A stretch of DNA of 64,000 nt, taken from NCBI GenBank assembly GCA_027036135.1, contig JALVSY010000030.1, forward strand, positions 64,001-128,000, given 5' to 3'. The position numbers were made by a program, and so were the translations under genes. The notes under the pieces are model-generated. The model did not search any database. It saw nothing but the letters and a program-made list of their open reading frames with translations, and had not been told where the DNA came from. This DNA comes from Pyrodictiaceae archaeon (lineage in GTDB: Archaea > Thermoproteota > Thermoprotei_A > Sulfolobales > Pyrodictiaceae). Numbering within the stretch: position 1 is the stretch's first letter; each line of letters starts with the position of its first letter. Below, in pieces: positions 49,754-59,961 of the stretch.

Positions 49754-49897
49754 TGCCTAGCTACACGCTGCTGGGATGAACGTGCCCCCTCGCGGATCCC
49801 CCTTGCCCGCAGAGGGGCTCCGATGAAGTGTGCCGGGCCGGTTGCGACCGTGCGTGCCACTAGGTTCTAATCCCCCGAGCAAGGTATTCTTCTGTGG

Positions 49898-50311
49898 ATG
49901 GTCGTCTTGGTTCTACAGCGTGGTCCCTGCGGCGAGAAGGTGGGCTCCATAGAGGATATACCAGCGAAACAAGCTACACTCGCAGATGGTACGCCGGTAA
50001 AGGGTGTCACGATAAGGTGGCTTATATCACGTGACGATGGCGCACTGACGTTTGCTATGAGAGTGTTCCAGGCTGAGCCTAACTCGCATATACCTGCACA
50101 CAAACATCCATGGGAGCACGAGATCTTCGTGCTACGGGGGAGCATGAGGGTCAGAATAGAGGACAAGATATACGAGGTGCGCGAGAGGAACTTCATCTTC
50201 ATACCGCCTAATACGGAGCATGAGTACTTTATAGGCGATGAGGGAGTAGAGTTCCTCTGCCTAATACCGTTAAAACCAAGTGTAAGTGAATACTATAATC
50301 CTTGCAAGTAG
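49898..50311 (+). CDS. cupin domain protein
   Basis: H.HPWEHE, IPPN.EH. Confidence 0.9.
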   Translation: MVVLVLQRGPCGEKVGSIEDIPAKQATLADGTPVKGVTIRWLISRDDGALTFAMRVFQAEPNSHIPAHKHPWEHEIFVLRGSMRVRIEDKIYEVRERNFIFIPPNTEHEYFIGDEGVEFLCLIPLKPSVSEYYNPCK

Positions 50312-50376
50312 GTGTTTTCTTCAGCAAAACTTATGAATCCTTCTTTTTCTCACCCCTCTAGGGTGACTAGCTCCTA

Positions 50377-51069
50377 ATGCAACGCGTCCCTGTTAAGCTT
50401 GTCTCGTGGGACGAGATAGTTGAGTGGAGTAGGGGGCTTGCAAAGAGAATCAAGGAGTCCGGTTATAGACCGAGTGTAATCATAGCTGTGGCGCGTGGCG
50501 GCTATGTACCAGCACGTCTTCTCTGCGACTTCCTCGGCGTAGAGAACCTATTAAGCATACAGAGCCAGCACTGGACAGAGGCGGCAAAAGCAGCTGAAAG
50601 AGCTGTGCTCAAGTTCCCGTACAAGGTTGACCTTAAGGGTCACTGGGCACTGCTCGTCGACGACATAGTTGATACTGGAGAAACCTTGCTGCTTGCCCGA
50701 GACTACATACTCCGGGAGTGGCGGCCGGACGAGCTCAAGATAGCTGCTCTGCAGTGGATCAGTACTGTTGCCAAGTTCAAGCCTGACTACTACTACATAG
50801 AGGTCAAGGAGTGGAAGTGGTTTCAGTACCCTTGGACAAGGCTTGAGGACGTAACACAGTTCATTAAGAGAATGATTGCAGAAACGTTCAAGGAGACTGG
50901 GAAGGAGAAGTGGAGCTACAAGGAGATACTAGAGAGCTTTAGGGAGTGGTATGGTGTAGAGGTTGAGGAGTTCTATTATCGGGACGCGTTAGAGATGCTA
51001 GTGGAGCAGGGCTTCCTCGAGAAATGCGGTGAGGAAGAGTACTGCCTAAAGGAGAAGCCCCAGCAATAA
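50377..51069 (+). CDS. purine phosphoribosyltransferase
   Basis: ARGG, LLVDDIVDTGET, PDYY, YPW. Confidence 0.92.
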   Translation: MQRVPVKLVSWDEIVEWSRGLAKRIKESGYRPSVIIAVARGGYVPARLLCDFLGVENLLSIQSQHWTEAAKAAERAVLKFPYKVDLKGHWALLVDDIVDTGETLLLARDYILREWRPDELKIAALQWISTVAKFKPDYYYIEVKEWKWFQYPWTRLEDVTQFIKRMIAETFKETGKEKWSYKEILESFREWYGVEVEEFYYRDALEMLVEQGFLEKCGEEEYCLKEKPQQ

Positions 51070-51110
51070 GAGCGGTTCCTCGGCTTCCTCGTTGGCTATG
51101 ATGTAACCAG

Positions 51111-52193
51111 CTATCGCGGATGCTCCTGTGAAGAATTTGGCCTTTGCTGAGCCCCTTCTAATTCCTCTACCTCTAGCTTTGCCATCCTGGCCGCTCTCAC
51201 GAAATCCCTTAGGCTAATCGGGAGCCACTCCCTTAGTTCATAGTACAGCGCTAGCGGGGCCTGTTTTCGACGTCCCCGGCTCCACTTCATTAACTCGATG
51301 AAGGCGCGGAGCCTTGCGTCTCGCGGGCTCATAACCCTTCTCACAGCTTCCTCAACATCACATGTCTCGTACCTAGCTCTTAGCACGATCTCCGTTATCT
51401 GAGGAAGCCTGGAAGGAACTCCATGTATGCTACCTCTAAGTGTTATTTTTCTAGGCTCTCCGAGTCCGCGTAGGTCTAGTCTACGAGTAGCACCGGGCCT
51501 AGGCAGTATATCGATAATTCCACCGATAATAAAGGCATCCGCGTTTAGAGCCTCGTTACTTGTTAAGGGCTTCTCTGCCGAGGGGTCAAGGACTATTATC
51601 TTATTTGCGCCACGGAGATAAGCTGCTTCGTCGCCTGGTAACTCGCTGTAGTCAAAGAGAGCACGCCCCATGAAGGCGCGGAGCCATTCAATGACCCCTG
51701 GTCTGGCGCTGGATAACAATAAGTGTCGATCCCATAGGTATCTGCGGATGACACCGAGAGCTGCACCTACTTGGACTCTTAGGCTCCTAAGCTCTCGACC
51801 AAGATGGCTCGCTACCAGCCCTAGGTCTATGACTATTAGTGGCTTGTACTCCTCGATCATGCCGAATAGTTCCTTGCGTGTATTGCACGGCTTGTTCCGG
51901 TACGAGATAATTGCATCAACCTTTTCGCCCCCCTTACCATGGCCTATGCATAGCCTTCCCCCTTTACAGGAATGACACTCCTCTAACAAGCACATAGAGT
52001 TACGCTTCTCTATGCAAGCACCCCATACCATGACTTGCAGGAACATGTCTTGTAGAAGGGATAGCCGGGGAAACCTTCTATGACGCAAGCATATGGCGCG
52101 AATATTTTCCCTGCATAGGTACTCCAAGAACGCCCTTCGATGAATCGGTGTGTCGCATGTTTTCCTGGGCTCAGTTACCGTGAGGCTCTTCAC
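51111..52193 (-). CDS. trm10: Trm10-type tRNA purine-9 methyltransferase (SPOUT)
   Basis: VLDP.A...L, FIIGGIID, LRGS..GVP.R; true start uncertain. Confidence 0.8.
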   Translation of the reverse strand: MKSLTVTEPRKTCDTPIHRRAFLEYLCRENIRAICLRHRRFPRLSLLQDMFLQVMVWGACIEKRNSMCLLEECHSCKGGRLCIGHGKGGEKVDAIISYRNKPCNTRKELFGMIEEYKPLIVIDLGLVASHLGRELRSLRVQVGAALGVIRRYLWDRHLLLSSARPGVIEWLRAFMGRALFDYSELPGDEAAYLRGANKIIVLDPSAEKPLTSNEALNADAFIIGGIIDILPRPGATRRLDLRGLGEPRKITLRGSIHGVPSRLPQITEIVLRARYETCDVEEAVRRVMSPRDARLRAFIELMKWSRGRRKQAPLALYYELREWLPISLRDFVRAARMAKLEVEELEGAQQRPNSSQEHPR

Positions 52194-52296
52194 AGCTCTT
52201 CACAGCTCCGCATGGGGGTGAGAGGAGGCTCATCAACACCCCGGGCGAGAGAGCGTAAACTAATTACGTTCAGTACGCGTAATAGCCCCTGATTAT

Positions 52297-52356
52297 GGGC
52301 CGTGAGGAGGGCTAGATAAACTGAGCGATGTGATGACGGTTTCTGGTGCTGAGCCC
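52297..52356 (+). ncRNA. C/D-box sRNA
   Basis: GGGC-C-GTGAGGA-12nt-CTGA-5nt-GTGATGA-12nt-CTGA-GCCC canonical layout. Confidence 0.9.
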
Positions 52357-52358
52357 CG

Positions 52359-52733
52359 TTACTCCTCCTCGGCTTCCTCAAGCTCCTCTAGAACATCCAT
52401 CACCGCTGTCCGTGTATCACTACTAACGCTTATCCCTTTACGCCGTAGAGCCTCGGTGATTCGCACCGCGATTGAGCTCACGTCGTCTAGGAGGTCCTCA
52501 ATGTATTCTCGCGGGTTATCCTCTGTATCCAATACCTCTCTTACATAGTCTCGTAGATTCTCATGCCCTATTCTAACAGTAACGCCACTGCTTGACTCAA
52601 ATACCTCTATGTAGAGAGGAGCGCTGGGGTGAAGCACGACTATTTTCTCGCCTCTTTTTTCTACTCGGTACCCGCTCTGCTTAGCTATTCTCTCTATTTC
52701 TTTTACTATATCCTCGTTTATCAAAGCGCACAC
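52359..52733 (-). CDS. hypothetical acidic protein
   Basis: 124-aa ORF; GGGGTG upstream. Confidence 0.7.
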   Translation of the reverse strand: MCALINEDIVKEIERIAKQSGYRVEKRGEKIVVLHPSAPLYIEVFESSSGVTVRIGHENLRDYVREVLDTEDNPREYIEDLLDDVSSIAVRITEALRRKGISVSSDTRTAVMDVLEELEEAEEE

Positions 52734-52886
52734 CCCACGCCATAACCCGCGTTATTGCAATAACCGCCCTTATAAGAAGAACTATGCTGCATCACTACAG
52801 CTACCACAGAGCGCGGATTAGCTACGAGCTATAATTATTATCGTAGCCGTGTAAGAGGTGAAGATTAAGAGGGGACACCAATGATG

Positions 52887-52993
52887 TGGAGCCGGGGCCG
52901 GGATTTGAACCCGGGATCAACGGGTCTCTACGCGATGGGCGGATGCATTGAGGCACTGCAGCCCGCCGCCTTCGACCGCTCGGCCACCCCGGC
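52887..52993 (-). tRNA. tRNA-Cys(GCA) with a 30-nt intron at 37/38 (52926-52955)
   Basis: Cloverleaf restored by removing 52926-52955; CCA encoded. Confidence 0.93.
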
Positions 52994-53063
52994 CTCCATC
53001 CGTGACTACTTGTTTCTCTTACTTGGTAGCTTATTAACGCAACGCCCAGGAAACGTATCCTCC

Positions 53064-53125
53064 GGGGATGATTGGCTCAGGCGGAGCTGAGATTACTAGA
53101 GGATGAGTTTAGCCTTGGCTGACCC
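53064..53125 (+). ncRNA. C/D-box sRNA overlapping the start of the downstream ORF
   Basis: GGG-ATGATTG-12nt-CTGA...AGGATGA-12nt-CTGA-CCC. Confidence 0.8.
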
Positions 53126-54185
53126 TGTCAGCGACGTTATTGTTGTAGGTGCTGGTCCTGCCGGTTTATCCGTGGCTACGCGTCTCCGAAGAAAGAGCGT
53201 GCTCGTGCTCAATGCCTCCGAGTCCCCTGGGTGGCCTCCTCATTGCACCGGGCTTGTTAGCCCCAAGACCGCGCAGAGGCTCGGCGAAGACGCCGTGACC
53301 GAGTCGTTTACTGAAGCCGTTTTCCTTGATGATTCTTTTAGGGAGATCTGTAGGATTTATGGTAAGCCGCTCGCTGTCCGTGTTTCACGCCCTCTACTTG
53401 AGGAGATCCTTAGTCATAGACTAGAAGAGATGGGGCACTTACTGCACAATAACTCGCTTGCTGACGATATAGGAGAGACCTGTATCCATGTTAGGGGCAA
53501 GGGGTGGTTATGTGCGAGGGAATCGGTGCTTATCGCTACTGGGTATTCTCGGTTCTCCAAGCTATTCGGGGCAAAGCGCTGCGATACGCTAAGCGGGCTT
53601 GAGGTTCGTGTTCGGCTTAGTAAGCGCATAAGGGATGATGAATTCGTAACGCTGCACGGCAATAAGTATGCACCAGAGTTCTTCACCTGGATTGTGCCGC
53701 TGCATGGGGGGCGGGAGGCGCTAGTTGGCCTAGCAGCACGCTCTGATACAGCTAGTAGGCTTGCCGCCTTCTTACACGCTGCGGAGAGAAAGGGTCTACT
53801 CAGTATAGACAAGCTGGTTTCTCATCGGGGAGGCCGTATTCTGCGCGGTCCACCAGCAAGGCATGTGTATCGGGGAGGAGTGTATGGTCTAGGTGATGTT
53901 CTCTGCGCGTCAAAGCCCTTTACGGGTGGAGGATTATACGCTATAGCCGCTATGGCACCACTACTTACGGATGCTATAGAGCGTGGGGACAGAGCTAGGC
54001 TGGAGGATGAGTGGAGTGCCTTAAGGAGCGAGCTTCTCCTCCAGAGGGATCTTACAAGGCTCGCCATTATCTATAGACCTCTCTGGAAAATGGGCCTGGC
54101 AGCAGCGTGTAGTGTCCAGGATAGGTGTTCTATAAGCTATGATAAGCATAGTTCACTGCTTAGGTGCCTAGCTAGGGGGCGCTAG
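53103..54185 (+). CDS. geranylgeranyl reductase-family flavoprotein
   Basis: VVGAGPAG, PPHCTGLVS, F.W.VP, GD....KPFTGGG. Confidence 0.85.
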   Translation: MSLALADPVSDVIVVGAGPAGLSVATRLRRKSVLVLNASESPGWPPHCTGLVSPKTAQRLGEDAVTESFTEAVFLDDSFREICRIYGKPLAVRVSRPLLEEILSHRLEEMGHLLHNNSLADDIGETCIHVRGKGWLCARESVLIATGYSRFSKLFGAKRCDTLSGLEVRVRLSKRIRDDEFVTLHGNKYAPEFFTWIVPLHGGREALVGLAARSDTASRLAAFLHAAERKGLLSIDKLVSHRGGRILRGPPARHVYRGGVYGLGDVLCASKPFTGGGLYAIAAMAPLLTDAIERGDRARLEDEWSALRSELLLQRDLTRLAIIYRPLWKMGLAAACSVQDRCSISYDKHSSLLRCLARGR

Positions 54186-54189
54186 GGAA

Positions 54190-55050
54190 TTGGCGAAGAA
54201 GAGGCTTCTAAGAGAAATAGCTGCTGAGGTTCTTGGGCCGGAGAAGGCGCGTCAGGTATGGTCTAGAATAGACATTATTGGTGATATAGCTGTTATAAAG
54301 AAGCCCTTTGGGCTCGATATCGAGGAGTTGAAGCCGCTAGCTGAGGTACTGCTTAGGAAAATACCTTATATTAAGAGCGTGTGGGCTGCCTCCGGCCCAG
54401 TTGAGGGAGAGTACCGTATCCGAACATATACTCACCTAGCTGGCGAAAAGAGAAGTATAACCCTCTATAAGGAGCATGGCTGCATATTCAAGGTTGACAT
54501 AACCCGTGTATACATCTCGCCAAGACTCTCAACCGAGCATCGTAGAGTAGCTGAACAAGTAAGGCCCGGGGAAATCGTTGTCAACATGTATGCAGGCGTC
54601 GGCTTATTCTCAATAATTATGGCTAAGATCTCGAAGCCTAAACGAGTCTACAGCATAGACATTAACCCTTATGCATATAGACTCATGGTGGAGAATATCA
54701 GGCTTAATAGGGTAGAGAACATAGTTATCCCGATCCTCGGTGACGCCGGAGAAATAGTTGGTACTAGGATCAGGGACGAGGCTGACCGAGTACTAATGCC
54801 TCTACCAGAGCTAGCCCTTGCCCATTTACCTAATGCCGTCAAAGCTCTCCGGGATGAACGAGGCATTATACATGTTTATTTACATGTATTCGCGGAGAAA
54901 GAAGTTGATCCACGTGAGAAAGCGAAGAAGCTTCTAGAGCAACGCTTGCAGGAAATAGGGGTTACCCGATACGAGTTCATGTTGGCAAGGATAGTTAGGA
55001 CTGTGGGGCCTCGTAAGAGCCAAGTAGTTGTGGATGTACGTATAGGCTAG
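54190..55050 (+). CDS. Trm5/Taw2-family tRNA-37 SAM-dependent transferase
   Basis: DIIGDIA, KEHGC.F.VD, Y.SPRL..E, MYAGVG.FS, DINP, DRVLMPLP. Confidence 0.9.
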   Translation: MAKKRLLREIAAEVLGPEKARQVWSRIDIIGDIAVIKKPFGLDIEELKPLAEVLLRKIPYIKSVWAASGPVEGEYRIRTYTHLAGEKRSITLYKEHGCIFKVDITRVYISPRLSTEHRRVAEQVRPGEIVVNMYAGVGLFSIIMAKISKPKRVYSIDINPYAYRLMVENIRLNRVENIVIPILGDAGEIVGTRIRDEADRVLMPLPELALAHLPNAVKALRDERGIIHVYLHVFAEKEVDPREKAKKLLEQRLQEIGVTRYEFMLARIVRTVGPRKSQVVVDVRIG

Positions 55051-55487
55051 TCCATTAACGATGCTATCTTGGTTGCGACGAACTCCAGTATAGCTTTTAC
55101 ATCATCAGCGTTGTCCTTTGTAACCCCTGTAACAAGTATAGCCTGGGTCTTGCCATCGCTCTCCTCAATACTGTACTCTAGCCCCTCGTAGCTATCTGCG
55201 AGGTTCTGGAGACTAGTGCGTACATACTTTATGTAGGGATGAGCACTAGGCACTGGCTTTAGGAACACTAGTCTAAATGTATCCCGGGTCATACTCAGCC
55301 TTGCAACGACCTTGCCGCTTCTCGACCTAAACTCTTTGCCGGAAGCACTGGGGCCTCTCGCTGCTACTCCTCTCCCACACTCCGACACTAGGTCTAGAAG
55401 CTGTTGATATAACTGAAGCTCTTGCTCGAGCTGCTCGATCTTGGCCTCCAAGAACTCTCTAAGCTTCTCACACCTATCCTCCGACAT
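55047..55487 (-). CDS. hypothetical protein (N-terminal coiled coil)
   Basis: 146-aa ORF; GGAGG RBS. Confidence 0.75.
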   Translation of the reverse strand: MSEDRCEKLREFLEAKIEQLEQELQLYQQLLDLVSECGRGVAARGPSASGKEFRSRSGKVVARLSMTRDTFRLVFLKPVPSAHPYIKYVRTSLQNLADSYEGLEYSIEESDGKTQAILVTGVTKDNADDVKAILEFVATKIASLMD

Positions 55488-55627
55488 CTAATCCTCCCCG
55501 AAGAGGAATAATCGGGACAAAGGATTAAGGGAGGCCTAGCCCTCTACGAGGAGATAGAATCAGAAGGGGTAATTATTTACCGTTCCCTTCACTGCTCCGC
55601 ATAGACTAGGGAAGGGAGGTAGCCTAG

Positions 55628-57397
55628 TTGCCGAGCGGAAAGCTGACAGCATCCATATTTGTGTTAAGTATTGTACTCGTTTCCCTAGCACCTCTACAAG
55701 CAAATGCATATACCTATACTGCTCACATAGGCCTGCTAGCTGTGACTGATCATTCAGGAGAGGTTATTCCAGCGGACGTAACTGTTTCGCGCGGCAGCAG
55801 TGGTGGCCTCGTTCTACAACCAAAGCAATACATTCACCCCAGCGTCCTATACTCTACACGTGTAGGATATGTGTTAGCATCTCTGCTTAATCACTTGTCT
55901 CCAAGCAATGTATACACAAGAGTATTCATACATACAAATACAGAGGTACAGGGGCCAAGTGCAAGTGGGTTCCTGGCATCAACTATCTATCTTGGAATTA
56001 GAGGGATCTATCCCAGAAACGATACTACTATGACTGGGATGATTTCCTTAACGGGGTTAATACTGCCCGTAGCCGGGATAAAATACAAGGTTGAGGCAGC
56101 TGCAAGGGCTGGTTATCACCGTGTAATCCTACCCTATGGCGAGAACGTGTCCAACAAGACAATAGGCGGGGCTCCTATCATAGTGCTACATGCTTGTAGC
56201 GTAGAGCAGGCCATAATGGATCTAGCCTCGGCGCCTCTAAAGATTGCATCATATAACGTTAGCTACGTGAACTCCTCGATAAGGACGATGATTCACGATT
56301 ATATTAATGTCAGTGTTTTCGCTAATTATACAAAAATGTTTCTGAAATCGCTGAGACTCCTTCTAAGAGAATATAATGGAGAGGACAAGAATGTGTACAA
56401 CAAGCTCGCCGAGCTGGCTCAGCGAGCACTTAGTAACGGTGATTCATATAGTGCTGCCAGTATAGCATTTTACTCACTAGTAAACATTGCCGAAAGAGTG
56501 GCTAGCATCAAGGGATTCAGCTACGTAGAGGAAAAAATGGGGATTAGTCTCAATAAGGAGATCGAGCTAGCTACCAAGGAGTTACGAGCTGCCTCAAAGA
56601 CCGTGCTAAATGGCTCTAGGTGCTATGCATGGCGCGTAGAAGCCCTTGCTGCTGCTAGTGCTAGGCTCTATCTAGCTAAGCACGTGGCCAGCAGTACTAA
56701 CGGTGACAAGGTATTAGCACTGCTTAGAGCGATCTCGGCGCGCTCATGGATAGAGCTGGCAAATAATGTTAGGGGGCCGCAAGTGCCTTGCACGCTACTA
56801 AAGGAGACTATCAAGAACTATGTAGATTACGCCTCACTCTCGTATCAATACATTAATAGCGTGCTCCCCTTCCTTGCTAGACAGCTGCTAATGCCCGATA
56901 ACCGAAGCGTTACTGCCTGGCTAAGGGATGCACATAACGCACTAGAGAATAATGACTATTTACTTGCCCTGGGACTTGCTGAGAACACCTTGGCTAGTTT
57001 TGAGGATGTATTAGTGGATTATGCAGGTTTACCTCTCAGTTGCGTAGCTAACCATGTCTACTTCCTCCTAAAAGAGTCTTCGATAGAGTACCCGCTGCCA
57101 ACACTGCTCTACATGGATTATGCACTGACATACGCCATTAAGGTTAGCAAGATTATAAAGAAACAGAACTTTGCCTCAATACTAGGCTCTGATGCCGCTA
57201 CTTGGGCTCTCTTCGGACTCTTTGGCTGGATGACTAATCAGACTCTTACTCCCTTAAACACTGGTGCTGGTAGCTCTGAGCTAACATACGTCAAGCCATC
57301 CTCGATGATGCCTCTCGTGGTTGAGGCACTGGTTCTCGGCGTTATTGTCTATGCTGTAGCCGGGCTAGCTCGTAGAGCTTCTTCCCAAAAACTCTAG
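55628..57397 (+). CDS. secreted, membrane-anchored S16 (Lon-protease-domain) serine peptidase
   Basis: Signal peptide, GPSAS, MTG.I...G.I.PV.G...K Ser-Lys dyad, C-terminal TM. Confidence 0.85.
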   Translation: MPSGKLTASIFVLSIVLVSLAPLQANAYTYTAHIGLLAVTDHSGEVIPADVTVSRGSSGGLVLQPKQYIHPSVLYSTRVGYVLASLLNHLSPSNVYTRVFIHTNTEVQGPSASGFLASTIYLGIRGIYPRNDTTMTGMISLTGLILPVAGIKYKVEAAARAGYHRVILPYGENVSNKTIGGAPIIVLHACSVEQAIMDLASAPLKIASYNVSYVNSSIRTMIHDYINVSVFANYTKMFLKSLRLLLREYNGEDKNVYNKLAELAQRALSNGDSYSAASIAFYSLVNIAERVASIKGFSYVEEKMGISLNKEIELATKELRAASKTVLNGSRCYAWRVEALAAASARLYLAKHVASSTNGDKVLALLRAISARSWIELANNVRGPQVPCTLLKETIKNYVDYASLSYQYINSVLPFLARQLLMPDNRSVTAWLRDAHNALENNDYLLALGLAENTLASFEDVLVDYAGLPLSCVANHVYFLLKESSIEYPLPTLLYMDYALTYAIKVSKIIKKQNFASILGSDAATWALFGLFGWMTNQTLTPLNTGAGSSELTYVKPSSMMPLVVEALVLGVIVYAVAGLARRASSQKL

Positions 57398-58048
57398 TAT
57401 ACTGGTTTGCCTAGTCAGCTTAGGCTCTACGTGCTCTTTTTTGGCTTTGAGCTGTTTTATTCTCTCTACTTCTTTGCGTATGGTTTCCCCGAAGTCCTTC
57501 TTCAGTTGCTCGCGGATAGGCGGTTTATAGAGTGCTGCCGCGGGGTGATATGTCACCGCTATGCGTAGCTTTACTCCCTCTATGCTCGCGTCATATACGT
57601 GGCCGTGTTGCTTGCTCATGCTCTGCCACTTGAGCCCTGCAAGCTCTAAGAGAGTTCTTGCAGCGTGCCGGCCCAGCGCTATGATTAGTTTTGGCTTAAT
57701 GAGCTGGGTTTGCCGAATTAGGTAGGGGAGGCAGGCTCTTATCTCCTCGTCGCGTGGATCCCGGTTGCCTGGTGGTCTACACTTAACGACATTAGTTATA
57801 TATACTTGTGCTCTCTCAAGCCCTGCTAAGCCGAGTAACTTGTTGAGTAGCTGTCCAGCAGCACCGACAAAGGGCCTACCTTGTAGATCCTCGTTTCTCC
57901 CCGGTGCCTCCCCTACTACCATTATGTCTGTGTCTAGGGGGCCTTCACCGGGCACTGGGTTCTTGCGAAACTTGTGAAGCGGACATTTCTTACAATTCCT
58001 TATCTCTTCTACTAGCTTCCTATATTCTTCCTCAACATTATTCCTCAA
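57365..58048 (-). CDS. udg: family 4 uracil-DNA glycosylase
   Basis: C..C, GEAPG..ED..GRPFVG, KCRPP.NR, HPAA. Confidence 0.95.
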   Translation of the reverse strand: MRNNVEEEYRKLVEEIRNCKKCPLHKFRKNPVPGEGPLDTDIMVVGEAPGRNEDLQGRPFVGAAGQLLNKLLGLAGLERAQVYITNVVKCRPPGNRDPRDEEIRACLPYLIRQTQLIKPKLIIALGRHAARTLLELAGLKWQSMSKQHGHVYDASIEGVKLRIAVTYHPAAALYKPPIREQLKKDFGETIRKEVERIKQLKAKKEHVEPKLTRQTSILEFLGRSSTS

Positions 58049-58138
58049 AGCCGTAGCCCCTTAGCCAGTCTCTGAAAAACACCACCCGGAAGTTATCTCA
58101 TTATTGGCTAGACTTAAGGTATATGCCCGGTACTAGGC

Positions 58139-59005
58139 TTGCCCGGTGAAGCAATCTTGGAGGAAGAAGAGAAGACTAGCGCGTCAGAGCCCGTGATAAA
58201 GGGCAGGATGTACCACATAATGCTAGGGCCAGGCGACATCCCCCCGTATGTCCTATTGCCCGGAGACCCTGGGCGCATAGAAACTATAACGTCTACGTGG
58301 GAGCGGGCAGAGCAACTCGCGTTTCACCGGGAATATCGCAGCGCTAGAGGCGTCTACAAAGGAATAGAGATAGGAGCAATTAGCACTGGTATAGGTGGGC
58401 CCTCAACATCCATAGCTATAGAGGAGCTTGCCCGAATAGGTGTACATACTCTTATCCGTGTCGGGACTACTGGCGCTATTCAGCGAGATATAGAGCCAGG
58501 AACACTGATAATAGCAAGCGCTGCTGTGCGCTTTGACGGAACTAGCCACGAGTACGCATACCCCGAGTATCCCGCAGTTGCGAGCCCGGATGCTGTTCTA
58601 GCTCTCGTGGAGGCTGCGGAGAGGCTCGGCTATACCTACCGAGTAGGAGTTGTCGCCTCTACTGCAAGTTTCCATGTGGGGCAAAGCAGGCCCGGATTCC
58701 GGGACTATAGCTGGTCCTTGAGCGAGAAACGCCTAGAGGATCTCCAGCGTATGGGTGTTCTTAGCTTCGAGATGGAGGCTGCAACCCTATTTACACTATC
58801 AAATATATATGGCCTTAGGAGCGGATGTGTATGTGCTGCGATAGCCAACAGAGTTACCAATGAGTTCGTGAAAGACAAGGGTGTCAAAGAGACAATAAAG
58901 GTGGCTAACGAGGCCCTACGTATCTTAGCCAGCGCTGATAAGAAATTTGGACAAAAACTCCACAGTATTAGTGAACTATATTCTGTCCTCAAAGAATTTG
59001 CTTAA
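58139..59005 (+). CDS. udp: uridine phosphorylase
   Basis: LPGDPGR, STGIGGPS, RVGTTG, EMEAA. Confidence 0.9.
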   Translation: MPGEAILEEEEKTSASEPVIKGRMYHIMLGPGDIPPYVLLPGDPGRIETITSTWERAEQLAFHREYRSARGVYKGIEIGAISTGIGGPSTSIAIEELARIGVHTLIRVGTTGAIQRDIEPGTLIIASAAVRFDGTSHEYAYPEYPAVASPDAVLALVEAAERLGYTYRVGVVASTASFHVGQSRPGFRDYSWSLSEKRLEDLQRMGVLSFEMEAATLFTLSNIYGLRSGCVCAAIANRVTNEFVKDKGVKETIKVANEALRILASADKKFGQKLHSISELYSVLKEFA

Positions 59006-59961
59006 CAAGATTTCTTATCTCTAAGCGGACACGTGGCCCGAGTGGCTCTCCGCTAATCCTTTTCGTTAACTTACAGAAGCTACATATATCCCTGGCTGAT
59101 ACGAGGCCACAATATCTGCATTTCTTATACTCCCTTTTCCCCGCCAATGCTTGGTAGGTTTCTATTCTTTTCTCGAGCCTTCTTAGAAACGAGAGCTTAA
59201 TGCCGGGATGCTCCTCCTCAAGCTTGTTCATGAACTCCTTTATTCTTTCCTCGATAGGCTGCTCTGGCCTAAAAGGACACTCGTCAATCACTATGGGTAG
59301 CTTGTTAACGAGCGCGTAGAGCAACGACTCTTTCTCATATACCTCGTATAGGGGGCGGAGCCTACCAACGGCAAGGCCTTTAATAGTCTCGGTAGCGGGC
59401 CCGAATTTAGCTAGTTGCTCGAGATCCTGGTTAATGAATGACTTAAGAGAATACGCAATTATGTCATCAGCGTTGTGTCCTAGTGCGACATAGTCAGCGC
59501 CTATCTCTACTGCAACAGCATTCAGAATATAGCGCTTAACGAGACCGCAAACACTACATACAGGTCGTCTAGCTCGCCGAGCCAGCTCGTAGACAGTGAA
59601 CCCTATGAGCTTCCTTAGCTCTACTACTATGCAAGGCGTCTTATACTCTTTGCATAGCTGCTGTACCTTTTGAAGACTCTGCTCACTATACTCGCGTAGA
59701 CCAAGGACTATATGAACACCTATTAATCTAAACCCGTATTGTCTTGACAGCTTAGATAATATGGCCAGCATTGTGGAGCTATCTTTACCACCCGACACCG
59801 CTGCGACAATTACCTTAGTCCTTATACAGTGCACCGACACGCCTTAGTATGCGCTCAACCTTCTTTTCCACGAATTCCGAGAAGTGCTGCTTGCACAAGC
59901 GGAGACGAGCATACCTTATCTCAACTATTGCGGGGTTATCACACTTACTACATTTAGCCAC
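58989..59961 (-). pseudogene. ttuA: TtuA/Ncs6 tRNA 2-thiolation protein with a 1-bp frameshift near 59820
   Basis: N-terminal MAKCSKC...LCKQHF in another frame; SGGKDS, CSVC, GHN.DD, CP, C..C...CSFC. Confidence 0.85.
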
